A DNA stretch of 30,386 nucleotides from Thermoproteaceae archaeon (lineage in GTDB: Archaea > Thermoproteota > Thermoprotei > Thermoproteales > Thermoproteaceae), in NCBI GenBank assembly GCA_020833025.1, contig JAJHRB010000012.1, positions 1 through 30,386 of the forward strand, given 5' to 3'. Under the pieces are notes generated by a model that searched no databases, was not told the origin of the DNA, and was given only the letters and a program-made list of their open reading frames with translations. Positions 8,899 to 15,911 of this stretch are shown here, piece after piece. Positions within the stretch are counted from its first letter, which is position 1. The number at the start of each line of letters is the position of its first letter. The position numbers and the translations under genes were made by a program.

Positions 8899-8932
8899 AA
8901 AGCCTCGCCCTTTAGGGCGGGGAGGAGGGCAG
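8899..8932 (+). mobile_element. Orphan IS200/IS605-type right-end hairpin (non-autonomous remnant)
   Basis: AAAGCCTCGCCC-TTTA-GGGCGGGGAGGAG has an 8-bp stem (8903-8910/8915-8922, one G-U pair). It matches from memory the AAGCCCCGCCCTTTAGGGCGGGGAGGAG right end of archaeal tnpB elements and translates as KPRPLGRGGG. No tnpA or tnpB is adjacent. Confidence 0.55.
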
Positions 8933-9001
8933 GTCCTCTGGAGGGTGCACTGCATATCGTCGCGGCGTGGCGGAACCGTGAGCTGCAAGTAGGCGTGCCG
9001 G

Positions 9002-9334
9002 CTACTTGACCCTGACCCAGTATCTCTCCGCGTCTCTCAGCGCGGCGCTCCTCTGCCTGGCCTCCTCGAACTCCTCCGGAGTGTACGGCAGGACCTCCAC
9101 CCACTTCTCGAGCCCCAGCCTGACCTGCAGCCTGGCCACGAGGTCGAGCCTGTCCAGCCACCTAATCCCCGCGAAGTCCGGCGAGACGACTACGAGGTCC
9201 ACGTCGCTGCTCTTGAGCCAGTCGCCCCTTGCATAGGAGCCGAAGAGGTAAGCCTCCGCGACTCTGAAGCCGGCGTCCTCCAGGGCCGAGAGAAGCCTAC
9301 TTACAATCTCTAAGATTTCCGGGGGTGCCCTCAT
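9002..9334 (-). CDS. Minimal nucleotidyltransferase (MNT) antitoxin
   Basis: YLFGSYARGDWLKSSDVDLVVVS (GS-x10-DxD). Overlaps the upstream HEPN gene. Confidence 0.85.
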   Translation of the reverse strand: MRAPPEILEIVSRLLSALEDAGFRVAEAYLFGSYARGDWLKSSDVDLVVVSPDFAGIRWLDRLDLVARLQVRLGLEKWVEVLPYTPEEFEEARQRSAALRDAERYWVRVK

Positions 9335-9743
9335 AGCCTGCCCTGACCAGGAGCTCCTCGGCAATGCCTACCACAGCACCAGCCGTCTCCAGCGCCCTCT
9401 CGGCGTCTCCCCGCGTCACGGCCTCGAAGGGCTGCCCTGCCGCCGCGTCCGGGTATCTCGACACGGTGTAGAACTTGTTCAGCTCTGCCACGCGCACTTC
9501 CAGCTCCGGGCTGAAGTCCACGCCCGCCCTTTTCAACTCCCTGTAGAGCTCGGTGAGGACGTGCGTTCTGGGCGGCTCTGCCCTCAGCACGACGAAGAAC
9601 AGGCTCTTCAGCGCCTTCTCCGCCGCCTGGTGGCTGTAAAACGCGGCGGCGTTAAAGCGCCCGGCCGCGTGCAGTATCCGCGCGGTGCAGAGGTCGTGCC
9701 ACGCCTCGCGGATCCAGTACACGGCCTCGCGCCTGAGGGCCAC
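9297..9743 (-). CDS. HEPN-domain protein, MNT partner
   Basis: W-EA-DL-A...AAFYSHQAAEKALKS...PRTHVL...SRYPD. TATA-like TTAATATA about 25 nt upstream of GTG 9743. Confidence 0.85.
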   Translation of the reverse strand: MALRREAVYWIREAWHDLCTARILHAAGRFNAAAFYSHQAAEKALKSLFFVVLRAEPPRTHVLTELYRELKRAGVDFSPELEVRVAELNKFYTVSRYPDAAAGQPFEAVTRGDAERALETAGAVVGIAEELLVRAGYEGTPGNLRDCK

Positions 9744-9848
9744 GTGGCATCCTGAGGGATCGCTATATTAATGCGGCGCCCGCGGTGCGTGCCGCGGGCG
9801 AGCCAGATGGGGTCGCCGGCCCGGCCTTTGCGAGAAATCCAACTGTGG

Positions 9849-9970
9849 CATGTGGTCTTGGGCGCAGGCGACGCCAGGAGTAAAATAGAGGCGTTCAGAG
9901 CCGCGGGAGTGCCTGTGGCCGAGACGCCGTCTGAAGTGCCGCGCCTCCTAGCAAAAGCTCTCAGAAGGGA
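9849..9970 (+). pseudogene. sucD: 3' remnant of succinyl-CoA synthetase alpha subunit
   Basis: GAGDARSKIEAFRAAGVPVAETPSEVPRLLAKALR resembles the SucD C-terminus. The rest of the gene is absent. Confidence 0.5.
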
Positions 9971-10023
9971 GCAATCTCTCGGGAGGCAGGGCCCGGTTAG
10001 ACTGCGGGACGCAGGGCGCGCTG

Positions 10024-10086
10024 AATTGACATTGTTTATAATCTTCATTAAATTATTATTTCATTTGCAGTTAATGTTTTTATTTT
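10024..10086 (+). promoter_or_regulatory. AT-rich promoter region of mdh
   Basis: Only 10 G/C in 63 nt. Ends in TTTTTATTTT about 20-28 nt before ATG 10105. Confidence 0.5.
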
Positions 10087-10104
10087 GCCGCCTTGCTCCC
10101 CAGC

Positions 10105-11034
10105 ATGATAACAATAGTCGGGAGCGGGAGGGTTGGCACGGCCGCGGCGGCCATAATAGGCCTAATGAGGCTGGACGCGAGGATCGTGCTGATAGACATC
10201 GTGAGGGGGCTGCCCCAGGGAGAGGCCCTGGACTTAAACCACATGAGCTCCATATTGGGGCTCGACGTTGAGTACCTTGGCTCCAACGACTACAGGGACA
10301 TGGCGGGCAGCGATCTCGTCATCGTGACCGCGGGCCTCCCCAGAAAGCCCGGCATGACCAGAGAGGAGCTGCTGGAGTCAAACGCGAAGATAGTCCACGA
10401 GATAGGCAGGGAGATCAGGAGGCACGCGCCCGACTCGGTGGTCATCCTGACCACGAACCCTCTCGACGCGATGACGTACGTCATGTGGAGGGCGACGGGG
10501 CTCCCGAGGGAGAGGGTCATAGGCTTCAGCGGAGTGCTCGACGCCGGCCGCATGGCCTACTACGCCGCGAGGAGGATCGGCATTTCTCCCGCGTCCGTCA
10601 CGGCAGTGGTACTGGGGCAGCACGGCGAGAGCATGCTCCCGGTGCCCGGCAAGAGTTTCGTGCACGGAGTGCCTCTCAGCAGGCTGCTGACGGAGGAGCA
10701 GCTGAGGGAGGTCGTGGAGGAGACCGTGAGGGCCGGCGCCAGGATCACGGAGCTGAGGGGCTTCTCGTCGAACTGGGGCCCCGGCGCGGGTCTCGCGCTG
10801 ATGGCCTACGCCGTCAAGCGGGACGCGAGGAGAGTGCTGATAGCGTCGGTGGTCCTGCAGGGAGAGTACGGGGTGCACGGCGTGCCGGTTGAGGTGCCTC
10901 TAGTGCTCGGCAGGGGCGGCGTGCTGAGAGTACTGGAGCTGGAGCTCACGCCGGAGGAGAGGCAGAAGTTCGCGGAGAGCGTGGAGGCCGTCAGGAGGCT
11001 CATCGCGCAGATACCGCCCGCCTACCTCCAGTGA
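10105..11034 (+). CDS. mdh: Malate dehydrogenase (LDH-like MDH)
   Basis: ITIVGSGRVG, LIDIV, GEALDL, TAGLPRKPGMTR (specificity Arg), TNPLD, GVLDAGR, GQHG. Confidence 0.92.
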   Translation: MITIVGSGRVGTAAAAIIGLMRLDARIVLIDIVRGLPQGEALDLNHMSSILGLDVEYLGSNDYRDMAGSDLVIVTAGLPRKPGMTREELLESNAKIVHEIGREIRRHAPDSVVILTTNPLDAMTYVMWRATGLPRERVIGFSGVLDAGRMAYYAARRIGISPASVTAVVLGQHGESMLPVPGKSFVHGVPLSRLLTEEQLREVVEETVRAGARITELRGFSSNWGPGAGLALMAYAVKRDARRVLIASVVLQGEYGVHGVPVEVPLVLGRGGVLRVLELELTPEERQKFAESVEAVRRLIAQIPPAYLQ

Positions 11035-11247
11035 GCTGCTGCCGCGCCGGCGCACTGCCTATCTGCCGCGGCGCGCTTTTGCCCGCGGGCTGCCCCGGCG
11101 CAGCGCCTTTAGAGCTGCTCCCGCCGGCCCACGGGGAGCGCCCGCTCGCTATCGAGCGCCTGCGGCAGTGCGGCTGGCTCCAGCCCGCGCTCAGGAAAAT
11201 CGCGGAGGCCGGAATGAGGCGACGTGGAGAATAATGCCGGGGGCCTG

Positions 11248-11270
11248 GAATCTTAGGGAAGGATTGAAAT
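11248..11270 (+). repeat. Solitary degenerate copy of the CRISPR repeat
   Basis: GAATCTTA-GGGAAGGATTGAAAT versus array repeat GAATCTCAAGAGAAGGATTGAAAG: 20/24 identical (3 mismatches, 1 gap), including an exact 12-mer. Confidence 0.6.
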
Positions 11271-12074
11271 GGACTCGCACTCGGGCGCGAGGCCGGCCTC
11301 TCTCGCGCGCTCAAGCAGCTCCTGCAGGGCCCGGGCGCCCGCCGCGCCGAGGTCGCGCGTATAGGCATTAACGTACATGTCGACAAAGCGCGCCGTCTCC
11401 TCGAGCGAGAGGCCGCGGGAGAACCTCTGCGCGTGCCTCAGCGCCTCTTCCCTGTGCGCGTCCGCGTATTTAATCGACTCGGCGAGCGCGCGGGAGGCGG
11501 CCTCCGCCAGCTCCCTCCCCAGAGCCCTCCTCACTACGTTAAGGCCGAGTGGCAGCGGAAGGCCGGTCTCGCGCTTCCACCACTCGCCGAGGTCCAGCAG
11601 CGCCCTTAGGCCGCGCCGGCCGTAGGTGATCTGGCCCTCGTGGATGAGAACTCCCGCGTCGACGATGCCAGCCGTCACGGCGTCTGCTATCCTGTCGAAC
11701 GGCACCTCTACCACCCTGACTCCCGGCAGCGCCATTCTAAGCAGCAGCGCGGCGGTGGTGTAGCGGCCCGGCACGGCGACGACTCTAGGAGGCCCGGCGC
11801 CCCGCGCGACGAGCACGGGCCCGTAGCCGTCCCCGACCGACGCGCCGGCCCTGGCCACGAAGTACTCCCTGCACGCGTGCGCGTAGGCGTGCGCGCTGGC
11901 TGCAGAAACGTCCAAGAGGCCCTCTAACACGAGCCTGTTCAGCGTTTCGATGTCGGCGAGGAACTCGACGTGAGGCAGCGGGAGCCTCACGGCCCCCGCC
12001 GTTATGCCGTAAAACACGTAGGCGTCGTCCGCGTCAGGAGAGTGGCCTAGTCTGAGCGCGCCTCCTTGCGCCAC
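11253..12074 (-). CDS. mqnD: 1,4-dihydroxy-6-naphthoate synthase (MqnA/MqnD fold)
   Basis: LRLGHSPDADDAY-ADIETLN-GASVGDGYGP-VAVPG-TTA-FD-I-GVLIHEGQITY-DLGEWW-LPLPLG. Likely GTG start at 12074, 20-27 nt after TATAAAAG. Confidence 0.85.
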   Translation of the reverse strand: MAQGGALRLGHSPDADDAYVFYGITAGAVRLPLPHVEFLADIETLNRLVLEGLLDVSAASAHAYAHACREYFVARAGASVGDGYGPVLVARGAGPPRVVAVPGRYTTAALLLRMALPGVRVVEVPFDRIADAVTAGIVDAGVLIHEGQITYGRRGLRALLDLGEWWKRETGLPLPLGLNVVRRALGRELAEAASRALAESIKYADAHREEALRHAQRFSRGLSLEETARFVDMYVNAYTRDLGAAGARALQELLERAREAGLAPECESISILP

Positions 12075-12102
12075 GCCGTGGCGCAACGCGCCGCTTTTAT
12101 AC
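12066..12102. promoter_or_regulatory. Bidirectional TATA (12094-12102) plus a perfect 9-3-9 inverted repeat over the mqnD start
   Basis: TTGCGCCAC-GCC-GTGGCGCAA at 12066-12086. CTTTTATAC sits about 20-27 nt from both GTG starts (12074 on -, 12121 on +). Confidence 0.5.
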
Positions 12103-12120
12103 TTCAGCGCCGCGCAATGC

Positions 12121-13182
12121 GTGGACGCGTGGGCTCTCGTCGAGACGATGCTCGGCCAGGCCCCGCTCGTCGCCGTCGCCGTCATCGTACTCTACGCGCT
12201 CATGCAGAGGGCGCGCGGCGAGCTGCTGCGGGAGATAGGCAGGGCCAGGGAGGATCTCTCGCGAGAGGTCGGCGCCGTTAGGGGCGAGCTGCTAAGGACG
12301 AGAGAGGACTTTGCAAGAGAGCTGGCGAGAGCCAGGGAGGAGCTCTTGAGGGAGGTCGGCGGCGTGAGGGAGGGGCTCGCGAAGACGAGAGAGGAGTTCC
12401 TGCAAAAACTCGACGAGGTGCGGGGAGAGCTCGAGAGGAGAATTCAAGCAGCAAGAGAGGAGCTCTCCGGCGAGATTCAGAAGACTAGAGAGGGCTTTAC
12501 GCGAGAGCTAGCAAAGACGAGGGAGGAGTTCACGCGCGAGCTGGCGAGAACAGGGGAGGAGTTCGCCCGCGAAATCCAGAGAGTGAGCGACGGAGTGTCG
12601 AGGGCGCGGGAGGACTTCGCGAGAGAGCTGGCGAGAGTGAGAGAGGATTTCGCGAGAGAGATAGGCAGTGCGAGAGAGGGACTCGCCAGGGAGATCGGCG
12701 GGGTGCGGGCGGAGCTCCTAAAGGCCAGGGAGGATCTCGCACGCGAGATTGCCGGGCTGCGGGAGGGGCTCGCGCAGCTAGGCGGGCGCGTGGAGCGCGT
12801 CGAGCAGTCGCTCCGCGCCTTCGGCTCTGCGCTGCTTGACGTGCTGTCGGCCAGAGGCGCGCTGACGGAGGCAGAGGCGAGAATACTCCTCGGCCACCTC
12901 AGGCACGCCCCGCCGGCCCGCTCGAGGCACTACACGGAGGAGGTGCAGAGGAGGCTCCTCGAGATCCTGAGGGCCGTGGAGGAGGGCAGGTACACGGCGA
13001 GTGACGTGAGGGAGCTCGAGTGCATAGCGGAGCTGATGGACAGGGAGTGGCAGGAGACGCGGCGCGGGGACCTGCTGGAGTACAGCTACATGCTCAGAAT
13101 GTTCGTCGCGATCCTCAGGGGCAGGCTGCGCGCCAGGAGGGAGTGGCCGCGAGAGTGGGACCTCGAGCCTCCTCCGTGCTAG
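12121..13182 (+). CDS. Membrane-anchored coiled-coil repeat protein (paREP-like) with a helical C-terminal domain
   Basis: N-terminal TM segment (APLVAVAVIVLYALM), then about 20 units of 11 or 7 residues of RE(E/D)(F/L)xRE(I/L/V)xxx type. Confidence 0.75.
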   Translation: MDAWALVETMLGQAPLVAVAVIVLYALMQRARGELLREIGRAREDLSREVGAVRGELLRTREDFARELARAREELLREVGGVREGLAKTREEFLQKLDEVRGELERRIQAAREELSGEIQKTREGFTRELAKTREEFTRELARTGEEFAREIQRVSDGVSRAREDFARELARVREDFAREIGSAREGLAREIGGVRAELLKAREDLAREIAGLREGLAQLGGRVERVEQSLRAFGSALLDVLSARGALTEAEARILLGHLRHAPPARSRHYTEEVQRRLLEILRAVEEGRYTASDVRELECIAELMDREWQETRRGDLLEYSYMLRMFVAILRGRLRARREWPREWDLEPPPC

Positions 13183-14177
13183 GCCTCGGGGCACACCCTG
13201 CCCACTATTACGTGGCTGTACAGCCCCCCCTGGTACACCACCCTCCTCAGCAGTACCTCCCCGCCGACTGCCCGTACGAACGTCCTGTGCCTCGGCGTTA
13301 TCACGACGTAAGTCGCGCAGCCTCTCGCCAGCCTCCTCATCGCCGCGCCGAGCAGCCTGTAGAGCCTGCCTATCCTGGCCGGCATTCTGAACCCGTACGG
13401 CGGGTTGAACACGTACTTGTCGCAGACGGGCCTCATGATTCTGTGAAGCTTCGTGGAGTCGTACCACAGAACGTCCACCTGCGGGCGCCCCGCCGTGTTC
13501 TCGAGCGCGCCCCTGACGTGCTTCAGCTCGACGTCGACGCATATGTACCGGGACGCCGGGGCGAGCTCCGCCGCCTCCGCGGCTATGGTGCCCCCACCGC
13601 AGGTGAGGTCGCACACAGTCTCGCCGGGCGCCGGCCTCGCGAGCCTGACCATCGCGTTCGCAATTATGGGGTTGAGGCTTGCGTGATGCTCGTAGCGCCT
13701 CCACGGCCTGTCCTTCAGGCTCCTCTTGGCCACGGTCACCCACGCGATCACATAACTCCCCAGCACGTCGACGTTCAGCTCCACGTCGGGGTCCACTAGG
13801 CTTATCACGAAGCCCCTCTCCTTGAGCAGCCTGCCGACCTCGCGCTCCACGTCGCGCGAGGTGAACGGGTGTCTCCCGACCCTCTCGCACCTGACTCCCG
13901 TCGTGGTGTTCCGCGTCAGGTACCTTAGGGCCGCGGGCAGGCACTCGCCGGCGAGCCTCACCACGTCCTCCAGGGAGTCCGCGCGGCCGTCGCAGAGGAA
14001 TACCCCGAAGCGCTCGACTGTCCTGAGGCCGAAGGCGTCGGCCGGCTCGATGTCGGCGTCGGCGATCACCCGCCCGCTCATGTAAACGGCCCTGGCGCTC
14101 CTCAGTCGCGAGCGCTCTGACAGCTCCTCAATCACGAAGTCCTCGAGCCCCGGCACTGTCGTCATGACGTACCTCAC
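13179..14177 (-). CDS. THUMP-domain tRNA guanine-N2 methyltransferase (Trm14-like)
   Basis: MRYVMTTVPGLED N-terminus, THUMP-like RCERVGRHPFTS, ASLNPIIANAM, DLTCGGGTI (SAM binding), FNPPYG. Confidence 0.8.
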   Translation of the reverse strand: MRYVMTTVPGLEDFVIEELSERSRLRSARAVYMSGRVIADADIEPADAFGLRTVERFGVFLCDGRADSLEDVVRLAGECLPAALRYLTRNTTTGVRCERVGRHPFTSRDVEREVGRLLKERGFVISLVDPDVELNVDVLGSYVIAWVTVAKRSLKDRPWRRYEHHASLNPIIANAMVRLARPAPGETVCDLTCGGGTIAAEAAELAPASRYICVDVELKHVRGALENTAGRPQVDVLWYDSTKLHRIMRPVCDKYVFNPPYGFRMPARIGRLYRLLGAAMRRLARGCATYVVITPRHRTFVRAVGGEVLLRRVVYQGGLYSHVIVGRVCPEA

Positions 14178-14241
14178 GCCAGTTATGACGCGGGAGTTAA
14201 TCTGTATCGCCCCTCACGTAGCGCCAGGCGTCGGGCGCGGC

Positions 14242-15102
14242 CTACCGCCTGCGCGCCAGCAGGAAGAGCGCAGCGGCTCCTGCAAGCGCGGCGACGGCCG
14301 CGAGCGCGGGCGAGAGCGCCGCGCCCCTGCCGCGTGCCTCAAGCGGCTCAAACCGCGGCACGTAATCGCCGGGGACGATAAACACGGCGGAGCCGCATGC
14401 GCCCGCCCCGCGCAGGTGCTCGGCCGCCTCCCTCACCGCATCCTGACTTGGGGCTCTCGCGTAATACGCGACCCCCGCGAAGCGGCCGAAGAGCGTGGGC
14501 CAGCATGCGGCAGCAAAGTCGGGCCTCCCGAGCCGCGGGACCTCCACCTCCCTGCACGCGCTGCTGGCCGCGCTGACTCGCGGCACGTCCACAACCACTA
14601 CGCTAAGGTTGTGCTCCGCCGCTACTCTCTCCAGCTCGGCCAGCGCGGTATCCCTCATTCCGCCCAGGTGCGCCACCACGACGACCCCGCCAGAGCTGTC
14701 TCTCTCCTGCGGGAGCCTCTGCACGGCCCACGAGATGTAGTACACGGTGACGTTGAGCCTCGCGAGCGCCCGCCTCACGGGCTCCTCAGCCCACCTTACC
14801 AGAGACTGCAGCGCGGCGACGTACTTATTGTGCACCTCGAGCGTTCTGTGTGCCTCCTCTGGCGTTCTCGCGCCGACGATCTCCCTGGCCCTCCTGGCGG
14901 GCGTTAAATTCTCGTCCGCAACGACCACGCCGCTTCTCTCCAGCCACCTGCCCAGGTTGACGGGATGGTCGAGCGGCGCCGTGAAGACATAAGCGGGGCC
15001 GCAGGGAGTTTCCACCTCCACCACGTACTTCTGCCCGTCCACGTACGCCACGCCGGCCAGCGCCAGCGCGGATGCTAGGAATAGAAAGAGCGCCAGCCTC
15101 AT
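14242..15102 (-). CDS. Exported protein with signal peptide and C-terminal membrane anchor, function unknown
   Basis: ATG 15102 follows a GGTGGAG RBS and overlaps the protease stop (ATGA). Signal MRLALFLFLASALALAG; C-terminal ALAAVAALAGAAALFLLARRR. Confidence 0.72.
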   Translation of the reverse strand: MRLALFLFLASALALAGVAYVDGQKYVVEVETPCGPAYVFTAPLDHPVNLGRWLERSGVVVADENLTPARRAREIVGARTPEEAHRTLEVHNKYVAALQSLVRWAEEPVRRALARLNVTVYYISWAVQRLPQERDSSGGVVVVAHLGGMRDTALAELERVAAEHNLSVVVVDVPRVSAASSACREVEVPRLGRPDFAAACWPTLFGRFAGVAYYARAPSQDAVREAAEHLRGAGACGSAVFIVPGDYVPRFEPLEARGRGAALSPALAAVAALAGAAALFLLARRR

Positions 15103-15796
15103 CTCCACCCAATTACGCCGAGCTTTGACGCTATTGCGTCGTGACTGTGGAAATAGAAGTTGCCGTCCCAAAGCGTAACGGTCCTGCAGCACTTCCCAGT
15201 GTCGGCGCCGACCAGTATGCCCGCCACGGCGGCCCCGTCATTGTAAAAGCGCCAGACGACGCCACCGCTGTCGCCCTTCGCGGCGATCATAGGCCTCTGG
15301 TCGCAATATGGCGGTCCCTCGGCCACCACCCAGCCAACGCCGTTGTTGAAGCTTTCAAGCACGCCGTATATTGTGAGAGTAGATCTGCCAGTTTTACGCA
15401 TGTACGCGCTTCGTTGCATGGCGTGTAGCTCTGCATCTGTGTAATACTTTAGGATGAAGTACTTAACTCCAGCCGGCAAGTCTATCACATAGCGGCTGAC
15501 CTGCGACTTATCTGCAATGTCTATCACAAATGCATCTGGCGCCGTGGAGGCAGCGTATGAATACCCGAGATATAGTAACTGTCAGAGGAGCCGTCTGGCT
15601 GGTATATCTTCACGCCAGCGCCCACCCTGTACTCTACGCAGTGCCCCGCGCTCACATAGCTGAGCGGCTGCGCGGGACTGGAGCTAGGCGCAACGGGGTA
15701 CCCCAGGCTGCAGCGGTCTATGAGTAATCGGATAACCAATGCAGTGGTTGCCGCTAGTGCTGCCGCAGCTACTTTTAGAGCCCGAAGCCGGAGCAC
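15099..15796 (-). pseudogene. Trypsin-like (S1, alpha-lytic/streptogrisin-type) serine protease split by one frameshift
   Basis: Frame 1 carries a signal-like MLRLRALKVAAAALAATTALVI, CSLGY and SAGHC (His 15641-15643). Frame 2 carries PDAFVI (Asp 15534-15536), KTGRST and GDSGG (Ser 15267-15269). The shift lies between 15527 and 15582. Confidence 0.75.
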
Positions 15797-15911
15797 GCTT
15801 CGCGGCGCGCGGGACAGTAATAAGCTTTGCGTACCTTGAGTCTGCAGCGGGCGGCCGCCGCGCGGTAATGGCAGGGCCGTTAGGCCTATAATGCGCACAG
15901 CCACTGGGCCC

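Noticed and set aside
12778-14907. Long alternative-frame ORFs (12778-13944, 13020-13799, 14164-14907) and similar ones across the window
   Set aside because: R/G/A/P-rich shadow frames expected in GC-rich DNA. Each overlaps a gene with clear motifs.
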